A DNA stretch of 63,362 nucleotides, counting the filler, from Octopus bimaculoides (lineage: Eukaryota), in the NCBI RefSeq assembly GCF_001194135.2. It is 4 parts of 4 records of this genome, joined end to end, with 100 filler letters (N's around TTAATTAATTAA, not from the genome) between each part and the next. Parts side by side here need not be neighbours in the genome. Positions count along the whole stretch, not along the records: positions 39,762 to 61,787 come from NC_068987.1; positions 61,888 to 63,362 come from NC_068981.1; 2 more parts are not named here. One strand, written 5' to 3'. The notes under the pieces are model-generated. The model did not search any database. It was not told where the DNA came from and saw nothing but the letters and a program-made list of their open reading frames with translations. A program made the position numbers and the translations under genes. This document shows, one piece after another, positions 49,948 through 63,123 of the stretch (its first letter is position 1; each line of letters opens with the position of its first letter).

Positions 49948-50479
49948 GTGTGTGTATGTGTACGTGTGCGTGTGCACGTATATGTACATGCTCGGTAAGC
50001 GAACACCGCACAAAGCACACGTACACATATACACACAGGCAGACGTGTGCATACAAACACCACAAAGTAGATTTTTGCAAGCAAATGTATATGTCTAACC
50101 CGCGAGGAGAATGTTTTACGTGCATACGTAATGGCGTGGATGGTAAATTGGCTAAGTTTACTGCGAAGTACCAATCGGAGAACGTCGCTGGATATATGTA
50201 GAAATATGAATAATTCAGTGTGAAGAAGTCTGTGCTATTGAAGATTTTGACACAGATGAAAGGGTTGCAATGAGGTGGCTGTTTCGCGAATTGTGAAACG
50301 GTGAAGAATTTGTTTTAGTTTTTGTTTGTTTCGTGGTTATTTGTTTTTGTTTTTGTTTTGCTTTTTTCATGTTTTCGTTTTGTTTTTTTGTTTTTTTTTG
50401 TTATTTCCTTCGCCATCTTATATAACGTAAATAGTGAGATATTGAGCGAGAGTTATATTGAGATATTGGTATAGAATAT

Positions 50480-50497
50480 GAAAGAAAGAAAGAGTGA

Positions 50498-50574
<77 letters not shown>

Positions 50575-50988
50575 GGAAAGTCTGTGAGTGAGAGATTCAT
50601 AACGCGTTTCAGGGATTGAGAGAGAGAGAGAGAGAGCAAAAGAAAGATATTAAATGGGAGAGAGAAATCAGAGATACAGATCAAAGCAAGAAACAGATTT
50701 ATAGTCATAAAAAGGAATAGAAACATATAGACAGAAAAATAAATAGAGAGACAGAGAGAGAGAGAGAGAGAAAGACAGAGGGATAGTGTATGAGTGTGAG
50801 TGTGTAAGCGTGTATGTGTGTGAGTGAGTGACTGAGTGAGTGAGAGAATCATTGTGAGTTTGAGATAATCAGAAGCTGAGGCGGGAGAGAGAGAAATATT
50901 AGCAGAGTAAAGTAGAAAGGAACGATATAGATCAAAAGCGAGAAACGTACATATATTGATGAAGAGAGAGAAAGAGAGATAGAAAGAA

Positions 50989-51025
<37 letters not shown>

Positions 51026-51138
51026 GTGGGGAGGGCAGAGAGGCGGAATGATACAGGAAGTATGACAGAGATTGAGAAGGAGGCAGACACAGCAACGAAA
51101 GCATAACATGGAGAGAGTAAGAGTGAGAGAACGTGTAC

Positions 51139-51174
<36 letters not shown>

Positions 51175-51387
51175 CAGAAAGAGAGAGAGANNNNNNNNNN
51201 NNNNNNNNNNNNNNNNNNNNNNNNNNNNNNNNNNNNNNNNNNNNNNNNNNNNNNNNNNNNNNNNNNNNNNNNNNNNNNNNNNNNNNNNNNNNNNNNNNNN
51301 NNNNNNNNNNNNNNNNNNNNNNNNNNNNNNNNNNNNNNNNNNNNNNNNNNNNNNNNNNNNNNNNNNNNNNNNNNNNNNNNNNNNNNN

Positions 51388-51427
<40 letters not shown>

Positions 51428-51700
51428 TTAGAAAGACAAGAAAGACACGGAAACTATGAGTGACACAGATTGAAGAAGGAATTGTGTGTGTATGTGTACG
51501 TGTGCGTGTGCACGTATATGTACATGCTCGGTAAGCGAACACCGTTAGAAATGAGAAAGAGAGAGAGATAAAGGGAGAGAGGATGTATGTGTGAGAAGGA
51601 GGGACTGTGTTTGTGAAAGTTAAGCATACAGAGCGAGAGAGAGAGATAGAGAGAGAGAGAGATAGAGAGAGAGAGAGGGAGAGAGATAGAGAGAGAGAAA
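50480..51700. repeat. (GA)n-rich purine tract with gaps
   Basis: Directly visible; source of the SL/RE-repeat ORFs. Confidence 0.9.
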
Positions 51701-51842
51701 CGGGTTGGGGGTATGCGAAAACGGTCTTTGGTGATGGATTATCCAGAAACTGAAATCAAACGTAACGGTGTTTATAACGAAATGATTTGTAGTTTAATTT
51801 CAAGAATGTGCAACAAACAGTGGTCGCTGTTTGCTTCCGAGA

Positions 51843-51910
51843 ATGATGATGATCGTGATGATGATGATGATGATGATGATAATGATGATGATGATGATGA
51901 TGATGATGAT
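51843..51910. repeat. (GAT)n
   Basis: Directly visible. Confidence 0.95.
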
Positions 51911-52539
51911 GGGTAGATGGATGGATATCGAGTGATATCAAGTCCGCTCTAGCATATCTGTTCTCGTTCCGATTTGGAACTTATAATACTCTTCTTTTTG
52001 TTTCCTTATTTTTTATTTTTATTTATTTTCTTTTTTCCTTTGCTCTCCGTTTCACTAGAATGTCCTTGAATGTTTTATTTATCTATGTTTTTTTTTCTTC
52101 ATTTTTCGTAGCACAGTGGCTGCGTAGGAAACCCCTACCCACCCTCCAACAACCCAGCACCATAACTCTCCCCCATACCACCACCACCACCAACCGCAAA
52201 TTCCCACTTCTACACTAAAACCATTTTCTTTTACGATCTTCATTCTCTTTCCCTCCCAAAACTATAATCTGTCCACAACTCGCTGCTTCACTTTTCAATG
52301 CCAGACAGCAACACCATACAAATTATCTCAACCTCTCTGAGTTTTCTCTATGACTTTCACATGTAACATTAGAATAAATGTCTTAAAGCGAATTGTTATT
52401 TCAGCAGAAGATACATAGCAGCTTAATTTGAGAGTGCAGAGGCTCGAACTGATTTATGTGTGTATTTGAGTAGGCATGTGTTTGTGCATATGTGTTTAGG
52501 CGTAAACATGTGTATGTAGATAGGGTGGAATGTTTCACA

Positions 52540-52891
52540 GGTGGTGGGGCTGTGTGGTAAGATGGCGGCGAGCTGGCAGAAACGTTAACACACCGGGCGA
52601 AATCCTTAGCGGTAATTCGTCTGTCTTTACGTTCTATGTTCAAATTCCCCCGAGGTCGACTTTGCCTTTCATCCTTTCGGGGTCGATTTAATAAGTACCA
52701 GTTACGCACTGGGGTCGATATAATCGACTTAATCCGTTTGTCTGTCCTTGTTTGTCCCCTCTATCTTTAGCCCCTTGTGGGCAATAAAGAAATAAGAAAC
52801 GTTAGCACGCTGGGTGAAATGCTTAGCGGTGTTTCGTCTGCCGTTACGTCCTGAGTTCAAATTCTGCCGAGGTCGACTTTGCCTTTCATCC
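52540..52891 (+). mobile_element. Family A head stub followed by a tandem family C unit (1.5 copies)
   Basis: GGTGGTGGGGCTGTGTGGTAAG | ATGGCGGCGAGCTGGCAG..TAAAGAAATAAG | AAACGTTAGCACG..CTTTCATCC. Confidence 0.88.
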
Positions 52892-53099
52892 AGATATGTG
52901 TCTTCATCTTGTTCGTTGTTAACACAACGTTTCGACTGACACACCCGCCAGCCTTCATCGGGTGTCTTGGGGAAATTTCGATCCTGGGTTCTCCTAAGGT
53001 ATTTTTCGATGGTATTATTATTATTATTCAGGTCACTGAAATCGAACTCGGAATCTTGAAGTTAGTAGCCCGCGCTCTTAAACACTACGCCATATGCCC
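52892..53099 (-). mobile_element. SINE family H, second copy
   Basis: Reverse complement GGGCATATGGCGTAGTGTTTAAGAGCGCGGGCTACTAAC..GAGTTCGATT..(AAT)n..GACACCCGATGAAGGCTGG..GAAACGTTGTGTT. Confidence 0.88.
52921..52966 (-). ncRNA. Minimal type I hammerhead ribozyme motif (core U4C variant)
   Basis: GACAC/GTGTT stem I, CCGATGA core, extra A, GGCTGG/TCAGTC stem II, GAAA, palindromic ACGT stem III, GUU cleavage triplet. Confidence 0.65.
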
Positions 53100-53295
53100 G
53101 TGGGCCATAATGGAGTGAATTTTAGGGCTTATAAATCTAGTATTCTCCTATCCTTCCTTAATACCGGTTCCCATAAGCTGTTCATATCTGCACTCAGTCT
53201 GCTTAGGAGGTTTTTGTGTCTTAGCATATGTGCTGCTTCTATTTGCAGAATATCAAGGTCTCTTTTATTCATTTGTTGTCTTACCATTACTATCA

Positions 53296-53370
<75 letters not shown>

Positions 53371-54299
53371 CGAAATTGATTTCAGAGAAATAATTCAGAC
53401 TGGTCAATAGTAAAGATATACAAAATAAAGACGAGTAAGCTTAAATCAAACAACAATGAAATGTATATTCTTAATTTAATGATATTATATTTCCTTCGAG
53501 GGAAGTGTAAATAGGTGCCTTATGGCAATAGCAAGTAACTCCAATAGAGAAAATTAGATAATTTCTAAACAGAAGAATTCTCAAAAAAGATGTAGCATCA
53601 GAGGGAAAAAAAAGGGTCTGAATTCTGGATACGTGGTGTCTACCTTAATAATCATCATCTGTACAGCAGTCTTCTTACCTTTATGCCAGCGGACGAAATA
53701 CATTGGCATATTCAAAACGCGTAGAAACCTTTATGCCGTTGGGTAATTTGTAAGATTTAAATAAATACGAGCTTTGAGAAATAACTGGGATACGTTAGCG
53801 TGATGGATATGAACAATAAAGACTAATAATGACAAAAAATGATTTTTTATGGTACGTAATGCAAATTTTCATTTTTACGTCAATACTTTTCACCACTTGT
53901 TGGCGCAAATCGGAAATAATGTGAGAGGTGCCAATCGTTTCGAGCAACCAGTATAGATAGGCAATACACAATATAGTAAACCAGAAATATATTTCCAAAT
54001 AAACTAGGAATATCTATGTATGTATGTGTATTCTGTCCAAGCACGAGGTCAAGGCAATACAGTTTGGAATTTTCACTTCATTTTTAATAGTACTATGTGC
54101 ACCGCGTTGACCAATAGGAGCCCAATTTCCAGAAACCTGACAAGATAGATTCAATGGACGAGCGCATGAAACTTTACGCTGTATGGACCCAAACCAAACT
54201 GTTATTAAATAAATATGTAACTCCTACGAATGTGATCAGTGCCACTTTAAACTGTGTTTGTCCATCAATCGCATATATTAATACCCCAATATATCGATG

Positions 54300-54368
<69 letters not shown>

Positions 54369-56164
54369 NNNNNNNNNNNNNNNNNNNNNNNNNNNNNNNN
54401 NNNNNNNNNNNNNNNNNNNNNNNNNNNNNNNNNNNNNNNNNNNNNNNNNNNNNNNNNNNNNNNNNNNNNNNNNNNNNNNNNNNNNNNNNNNNNNNNNNNN
54501 NNNNNNNNNNNNNNNNNNNNNNNNNNNNNNNNNNNNNNNNNNNNNNNNNNNNNNNNNNNNNNNNNNNNNNNNNNNNNNNNNNNNNNNNNNNNNNNNNNNN
54601 NNNNNNNNNNNNNNNNNNNNNNNNNNNNNNNNNNNNNNNNNNNNNNNNNNNNNNNNNNNNNNNNNNNNNNNNNNNNNNNNNNNNNNNNNNNNNNNNNNNN
54701 NNNNNNNNNNNNNNNNNNNNNNNNNNNNNNNNNNNNNNNNNNNNNNNNNNNNNNNNNNNNNNNNNNNNNNNNNNNNNNNNNNNNNNNNNNNNNNNNNNNN
54801 NNNNNNNNNNNNNNNNNNNNNNNNNNNNNNNNNNNNNNNNNNNNNTATATATCGAATGTAAGGAATATATATGCTTACACAAGTAAAACGAAAACACACT
54901 CAAACATATATCCACAGATACAAAGACACGCGCGCATATGCCTGTGTCAATTTCCGGTCATATATTTTTCATTTATTCATTAAAACTGGAATGTATTAAT
55001 CATTGACTGCAATCTCCAATTTCCAGATCGCGCATTTTCAAATTAATTATTAAAAAATATATAATTGTTTTGTTGTGTCTGGGGAGAGTCATTCTCTTTT
55101 AGTGCCTTATAATTTAACACACTCACCGGTAAAGTTTCCACTCATTTACTTACGTATTTTTTCGAAAATTTTCGTTGCGTCTTGCAACCTTTTCAATAGT
55201 CTTGCAAACCAAATCCAGAAACGAAATATATAATTATTTTTATATTTAATTGTTTTGTAAATGAAATGTAAGGTTATGGGAATAAGCATAAAAATATATA
55301 AGCAAAGAAGGCAGAATTTTCCATTCAATATATATATAAAGGACAATTCCTTATTGCTGCTTCTAGTATTAAAATCATTATTGTATCTTATTTTGATACA
55401 ATCGAATCAGTACTTGATTTATAGTTTATTAGTTTTATCGACCCCGGAGAGATGGAAAGCAAATTAGACAACCCGTAGATATTGATAGCAATCTAAATAG
55501 GAATAATGGTGAAAATTTCAATTCAATTCAATTTATTTCCAAATTATAAATTAAGCTATAAAATTAACTAGTACGTTTTTTAAATAGTCTTATAAACAAG
55601 GGTGGCTAACTTTAGAAGAACACTCATATGACCTTTTTAAATGTTTTGTGGACCTATTTTAGATAAGTATATACATCTGAGCAGATGAGGTCTCATATTT
55701 TTAAGATACATAAAACCTTAAAGATGGTATTATTCGTTTTAACTGCGGATAACTGTGGATAATGCTAAAAAGTAATGGACTACAAATATTAGGCTAAAAA
55801 TACCTTATGATAGAAAAATTCGAAAGTTGCCCACAGGAATCAAATCTAAATCTTCAGCAAACATGTGAGAAGTCCTACCATTGATTCCAAAGCAAATCAT
55901 CGAAATACTCATTCCATTGAAGAAGCTTCGTTCTTACCAACCAGAATTGTACGCTGTTTACGTCATAACAATTTAGAAACTTGAATCGAAAGTAAATAAT
56001 CAATAAACATGTAAGAAAGACTAGCTTTTAGCATCCTATTTAAACCCAATGCGATTAAAAACTCAAACACTCGTTGTCATATTCTGAGAACACAATTTCA
56101 AGGGAGAGAATTCTCCAGTAGTTACTTCTATGTAATTGAAAAAGATGTATTATGAGAGTTTGTC

Positions 56165-56544
56165 TTTTATCTTTAACTTTTTTCAGTCATTAAAGTGCGG
56201 CCATACTGTAGCACTACTTTGAAGATATTTTAAGCGAATGATTCGATCCTTGAACACTTTTTAAGCAAGGTACTAATTTTAATGGCCCCTTTTGCCGAAC
56301 CGCTATTTTACGAGAACATAACACTGGTGTCAGGTGATTGTGGGGGACAAAAACAGACACTAAATCACATCCACAGGCACACACACACAAACATTGTAAT
56401 AACAATAGTAATCCTTGGATGGAATTTATAAATATTCTAATGGCATCGCCAGTTATCATCATTAAGCTGTAACCGGCATATTGGAATACGAAATACGAAC
56501 TTTTATATGCGTATTCGAAACATCCCTTTTAACGAACTTAAAGG

Positions 56545-56580
<36 letters not shown>

Positions 56581-56735
56581 AACGGGCTTCTTTCAGTTTC
56601 CACCTACCAAAACCACTCGCAGGGTTTTGGCTGGCCCGAGGTTATAGTAGAAGACACATGCCCAAGGTGTCATTCAGTGGGACTGAACCCAAAACGATTG
56701 AGAAGCAAATTTCTTATCACACAGCCACACCTACT
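56165..56735 (-). mobile_element. SINE family A (diverged) with enlarged spacer
   Basis: Tail at 56165-56390, head at 56580-56735, about 150 bp of unrelated sequence in the spacer. Confidence 0.8.
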
Positions 56736-56953
56736 TAAATTATAAATTTATGGTGCTTGACAACAAGAAATTGATAACTTACAACGGTTAAGGTCTATAG
56801 TTTATTTTGTGGGACTTTATTATCAGTTTAAGAAGAAACTATATAGTAGACTCCGTAACTGTTGCTATTTCAGACTGAATTATTTTAAGCGCTCAAAAAG
56901 TTAGTTCAATAAGTTTTTAATTTCATAACATAGTAGACTTGAATTATTAAATG

Positions 56954-56994
<41 letters not shown>

Positions 56995-57414
56995 CTTGTG
57001 TGATATATTTAAGTGAACAACTTAAATACGTGAAATTTGAAATAAAAAAGGAAACAAAAAAATGTTCTTTAAAACATTTGGTATCATGTGAAATATGTAA
57101 TATAAATTGGTAAAGTCTCGTGGTTATTGTTTATTTAATATATAGCATGTTACTACGCTTTTGTGATTAAGGATATAAAATTAGTATTTTCTGGAAGGAA
57201 AATGGAAGAACAATAAAATTGTTGGTTGTAATTAGGGGACGGGGTTGCTGTAGGTATGGTGGAAGTAGAATGTGTTGGAGAAAAAATATACAAAGCTAAT
57301 ATAGCTGCCGATAAACTTTTGGAAATGTGATTAAATGATTTCGAAACAATATATTGATGAAATTGTATAATAAAAGTATATGTATCTAGATTGTAATATA
57401 TGTAATCTAATTTT

Positions 57415-57609
57415 CAGGCTAACTAGCAGAATAGTGAACATGCCAGGCAAAATCTTTTGCAGCATTTCGTCCGTCTTAACGTTGTGAGTTCAAATTCCAC
57501 TGAGGTCAATTTTGCCGTTCAAACATTCGAGGTCGATAAAATAAGTGCCAGTTGAACACTGGGGTCGATGTAGACCCTCCCCACAAAATTGCTAGCTTCG
57601 AAACCAATA
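57415..57609 (+). mobile_element. SINE family C
   Basis: GCAGCATTTCGTCCG..GAGTTCAAATTCC..GGTCGATAAAATAAGTGCCAG..CTGGGGTCGATGT. Confidence 0.82.
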
Positions 57610-57752
57610 TACGTAAACTAATTTTGGGGGAGTGACTTAAACATGTGTGTGTATGCATGAGCATGTTTAAATGTATGTGTTTATTTGTATGTGTGCATGT
57701 GTGCGCATACCTATGAAAACTAAATAAGTCTATAAAAATTATTAGTTTAGAC

Positions 57753-58145
57753 TAAGGCGCAGGTATGGAGGTGTGGTTAGGAAACTCGTTTGCAGCCATC
57801 TTGTTTCCGGTTCAGTCCCACTACACGGTACGTTGGGCAAGTGTCTTCAACTATCACCTCGATCCTACAAATACTTTGTGAATGAATTTGCTCGACGGAA
57901 ACTATGTGAACTCCGTCAATATGTGTGTGTGTGTGTGTGTGATTGTGTGTGTAAACCTTCTTTCTCTGCTAGGGTTGGTTTGTTTACGTCGCCATCACTC
58001 AGTGGTGTAGCACCAGAGATTCATAGAATAAGTACTGGACTTTGAAAACTAGTAAATATTGGAGTTTATTTGTAAGTCTAAACCCTTCATGGCGGTCCTC
58101 CACTATGGCTGCAGTCCAATAACTGAAACTAGTAACGATAAACTA
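57753..58145 (+). mobile_element. SINE family A (diverged)
   Basis: AGGCGCAGGTATGGAGGTGTGG..GGTTCAGTCCCACT..TTGGGCAAGTGTCTTC..GGCGGTCCTCCACTATGGC. Confidence 0.8.
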
Positions 58146-58584
58146 TAAGTTAACTAACGATATGCAAGCATTCTAGGAAAGCAAGGGTTGGATGATGGTG
58201 AGATTTAGAATACGATAAGAAGAAAGTATTAACGGCTGCAGTGTGAATATACGCTAAAATTTTACAGGACTATATTCGTTTTTTTTTTTTCTTTTTAAAG
58301 TTATAGAGATACATTAGCCATTAGTTAAAACTTTCTTGGCACATAATCCATAAGTTAAGAAATAAAAGTTTTGTATTAACTGCGTGGAGAGGTTATATAA
58401 TGTTAGTATTGGATTTTTAAAAAAATTGGTGTGTATATCAAATAGGAATACGTTTAAATTTGGCTAAATTTGCGATGTCTACCAAATTTAGTATAACGGT
58501 CGTAATATAAAATATTGATGCGTACTATGGAAACGGCGATATTGTGAGGTATGATATCTGAATAGTTGGATGGTATAAAGTGAA

Positions 58585-58990
58585 TCTTTTATCTTTTTAT
58601 TATTTTAGTCATTAGACAGCGTGGATGCTGGGGAACCACCTTGAAGAATTTTAATCGAACGAATGGACGCCAATAGTTACATTTTTAAAGCCTGGTACTT
58701 ATTTTATTGGTCTCTTTTCTGCAACCACCAAGTTATGGGGACGTAATCACACCACCACACTGGTTGTCAAACATTGAGGGAACAAACACGGACCGAAGCA
58801 CACACACTCACACACACATACACTCATATACATGACAGGCTTCTTTCAGTTTTGTCTACCAAATTCACTTACATGGCTTTGATTGACCCGAAGTTATAGT
58901 AGGAGACATTGCCCAAGGTACCAGACAGTGTGACTGAACCCGGAACCATGTGGTTGGAAAGTAGACTTCTCACCAAATAGCCATGCCTAT
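58585..58990 (-). mobile_element. SINE family A (diverged)
   Basis: GGTACTTATTTTATTGGTCTC..AAGTTATGGGGACG..GGCTTCTTTCAGTTT..GACTGAACCCGGAACCATGTGG. Confidence 0.85.
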
Positions 58991-61545
58991 ATGTAAAAAT
59001 AAAATGAAATCGAAAAAAAAAACAAAGACATAAAGATTACTTAATAAAAGATTACTTATAGAAACTGAAATGTAGAAGACATCGAAGAGGGCACTTGAAA
59101 TAGTCTTATAAAGATGTCATCAAATGACATCTCAATGAAACGGGTGGCCTGATTGGCGGGTGCTTTGAAGAACGATGTAAACGTTGTTTAATTGGGTAAA
59201 ACAATGGGGCCATAAAGAGTAAAGGTCAGAACAAGAGTCACTCCACGAGGACTGCCTAGAAATTCTGAAATATCCATGATCTGAGCAAGGTTCTGCCAAT
59301 AGCTTTGGTCTTCAGCTACACGCGATAGCAACATATCGCTATATGCGTGTTTCTGTGAGCGTGCTTGTGTGTGTGTGTAAGTGTGTGTGTGGAGGGGGGG
59401 GGGGGAAACNNNNNNNNNNTGTGTGTGTAAGTGTGTGTGTGGAGGGGGGGGGGGGTAACGAAAAACGAAAAGGGCCAATTTTCTCCACCTACTAAATAAT
59501 ATTCGAAATAGGTAGATAGACCGATACACATATAATCAGATAGACATATTGATAGATAGGGAGAGCAAGACAGAGAAGGATGAAGACAGAAACAGAGAGG
59601 AAGATAGAGAGAATTATAAAGATATAAACACGAAGGAAAAAAATGTAGCTGTACTAAAATAGTAAAGGTAAAAAAATTTTCGTAATTATAAGATGTATAT
59701 TGAGGTAATCTGATATCTGTCTAGTTAAATTTTTAGCCACTAATATTTACAATAAATATTACACTTGAAACTATTTTTTCCCCAATACCTCTTGAATAAA
59801 CAACTCCATCTATATATTAATGAGTTTATGCCAAATTGACAAGATCAAATTCTTGGTCAAGCCACTTCGATATATATGTGTGTGTGTACGCTTGTGTGTG
59901 TGTGTATGTGTAAGATCCAGAAATCCAAGTGTAGGAAGTTTGCAAGCTTCGTGTAGTCCGTGGCAGGTATAGAAAACAAAAAGTTCACAGGATACGCACA
60001 GGAGCAATTACAATTTATTGGTGTCGAAGGTTACACGCTTTTTTCCCATATTGAAGTTGCTAGGAAATTCGATACTCTGAAAATTTCTTTAAGCTCGCGG
60101 TTTGCAGCTCTCACTGCTATAATTGCGAATAAAGATCTAAATTGAGGGAGCGGAGCGGGTAAAATTTCACCAGTATTCCTTGAGTAAGCGTTTTTGAATG
60201 TATTCTAGAGCAGAGAGATTTTCTAAGTTTATTTCAAGGACAGTCTTCTTTGCAGATGGCATTGTAAATTGTTTTAGTGACATTATCATGCCGCATAGGG
60301 AGGTAATACGGTGACGACATTTTAGGACAGCTGTTGTATGTATTTATAAATTAATACTTTTATATTTTCTAATTATTTCTGTGACAAACTGGAAGCCGAA
60401 ACTTGGATACCGCAATCTGTTGGCAGTTTTCAGCTGTAATAAATGAAATATATAATTCTTTAGTAACTTATAGAGTGATTTTGAGTTTTTTGCAGAAGAC
60501 TCGAGTTTTTTGTTTCTTCTAATAAACTCGCACACTGTCTGTCTCGCTCATATGACACGCAAACACACACACGCGCAGAGAAACACACACTCTTACACAA
60601 ACGCGAATATATAAGAGGAGAGTGTATGAACATGGGAGACAAAGAAAGTTGGAGAAAAATCAGAGAGGGAGAAAGAAAGAGAGATTCATAAAAAAATCCA
60701 TATTTGGGTGACACCTAATAATATCTGTAACTTCAAAATTACAGTATTTATTTTAAAGCCACCGGGGTAACAGTATCGCATATAAAATATGCATACATAT
60801 ACACATACATGCATACAAGCACACATATAAACATACATATTTATATATACATATGTGCTTTAATGTATATATTATGTAAGTAAGTATGTGTATCTGTCTG
60901 TCTGCATGTGTAAGTATGTTCTGGAATAATTTTCATTATTCTTTCTAATATTCTAAGAAATAACTAAAACGCTTCTGAAAAATTTCATATTAATATTATT
61001 CCGTGTGAATTACTAAACAATATATATATTTGTCTCCAACTTATGGAAATTTCATGTTATTCACACATCTTGATATCTCGTTAACAATTTGCAAATTTTC
61101 ATATTGTGAATGGTTTACATTCTAGTCTCGTGTATAAAACGACGGTAGGCCTGTCTCTCAGTTCGGTTTCCAGTGCGGCATAAAGGCATTCACTATCTTG
61201 TGTTATACGTAAGACTTAAGGAAAACCGTACGAACGACATTATCGCCATCGTGTTACTCGGTTGGGCACCACTGCTCGCTTGATAAACATCTTCTCAAGA
61301 AGTCAGCCTATTGCAAGTCCTTCGATGAACCTCAGATTCTTCTGGTTATCCAGCAAACAGACTCCTGTTGATGTTCTAGTTGGGAGACAACGTAAAATCC
61401 CATTATTCTCAGCGAAGGCCTTTCTGTATTTAGTAACAAAATACATTTTCTATGTGCATATACGGTTGTATTATTTGATTACTAAAATTCCATTTCGTCA
61501 AATCAATTCTGATATCTGGCCCGTATATATATATCCAAGGGGTGA

Positions 61546-61741
61546 GGGCGCGTGTGCTAGTGATCAGCATGTTGCACTGACGATGTAGCGATCATGATTT
61601 CAAACCCTAGACGGGTGGTGCATTGTGTTCTCGAGCAAAACACTTCATCTCACGTTACTCAGCGATCACTTCGATACCTGATGCGTGGTACACTTGTGCA
61701 CCTGTTGAGACAACATTGATTTGATGGAGAGAGTGAGTTAA
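61546..61741 (+). mobile_element. SINE family B head with a third tail type
   Basis: TTGTGTTCTCGAGCAAAACACTTCAT as at 12.8 kb, then an unrelated tail (GATCACTTCGATACCTGATGCG..). Confidence 0.6.
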
Positions 61742-61787
61742 TGTGTGTGTGTGTGTGTATGTGTGTGTGTTTGCAGAGAAAGAGAGG

Positions 61788-61887
61788 NNNNNNNNNNNNN
61801 NNNNNNNNNNNNNNNNNNNNNNNNNNNNNNNTTAATTAATTAANNNNNNNNNNNNNNNNNNNNNNNNNNNNNNNNNNNNNNNNNNNN
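61788..61887. other. Artificial scaffold spacer
   Basis: 44N-TTAATTAATTAA-44N. Confidence 0.95.
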
Positions 61888-62318
61888 TACCGCGGTGGAC
61901 ATGCGGCATCAGAGAAGCGCGAGGGACCAGTTGGCGGCGGACAGCACATCAGAGCGGACGTGTGAGACTGTGCAGCGACGGAGAGCACACGCGGACGTGG
62001 AGTGAACTTTGGAGATCGAGAACCACAGGAGGCGATGGAAGGAGGAGCTGCACTGGGACTCAAGCTACAGAGAGAAGGCTGGCGTATTGGTGTTTCGGAG
62101 AGGGAATGAGATCCCAGGACTGTGCTCAAAGAGGAGTAGGCGGGAACTGTTTTCTGTGTGTGGGAATCTGCTGGGACACTACCCGATTGCAGGATGGCTC
62201 CGGACGGCATGCAGCTTCATCAAGAGGCGAGTGAGGCGGAATGATAACGTGGACGAGAAGAAAACCGCCACGATGCAAGAAGTCTTGGACAGGGTGACTG
62301 TGGAGTTATCTGAGGTTT
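61888..62318 (+). pseudogene. LTR-retrotransposon pol fragment (region after the RT core; gypsy-like, tentative)
   Basis: GC-rich coding-like island. Frameshifted peptide FG..EAMEGGAALGLKLQR / GVLVFRRGNEIP..RRELFSVCGNLLGHYPIAGWLRTACSFIKRR, recognised from memory as an invertebrate retroelement pol motif. Confidence 0.6.
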
Positions 62319-63055
62319 AAACAAAGTATTAAAAGTTTCATTTAAAAATCATATCATCGAAATAACATAAATGTATTTTACCTCTGTGACTCGGATTGTT
62401 AATTTTTAAAATTTTCAAATGTATTAAGGCATTATGAAATTAACTGCCGGATTCGCAGACCATCCTGATGGCTACAGGACTCATGAAAATTGTTGAATTA
62501 GATGAGTACAAGTTTGAAGAAGGAGTGACTGAGATAGTCTCTGCACAAGTCATGCTCACTATAGTAGTAGGTTCCCGCTGCTTTGTGGGGTAATTCATTT
62601 AGCGTTTTTTTTTTAAAAAAAAAGAAAGAGTAAGGGAGTAAGGCAGTATAACATTTAATGAAAATTCGCAGGTAGGGATCCTACGGGGGATATGTATGGT
62701 TAAAACTAACCAATATCTGGCATCAGATGCGTTCACGGTAATACTGCGAATGTATTGACTTATCGCTCTTTCGTGGCATATCTATAAACGGAGAGGTAGT
62801 TAGTGTAGTTGGAGCCAGTATTTGCTTGCGGAAACAGCCCAGGCACAGCAAAGGTGGTTACGTTACTTATGTTGCAATACCGTCGACAAACGGTGTCAAA
62901 GGTCAATCAAAACTTAAAATATTTTAGAAATAAGAAAATTCAAATGTGAAAAAATGAAAGAATATTTTTTCCTAGCATCTATGGTATTTGAAACTGTACT
63001 AGCTTTTCGAAGTGGGTATGGCGATAACGACAGCATTCCATACAAATTTATACTT

Positions 63056-63122
<67 letters not shown>

Positions 63123-63123
63123 A

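Noticed and set aside
62700-62830. Superficial U2 snRNA resemblance (ATCGCT..., GTGTAGT)
   Set aside because: Only scattered short words in the wrong order and spacing; no Sm site or stems.
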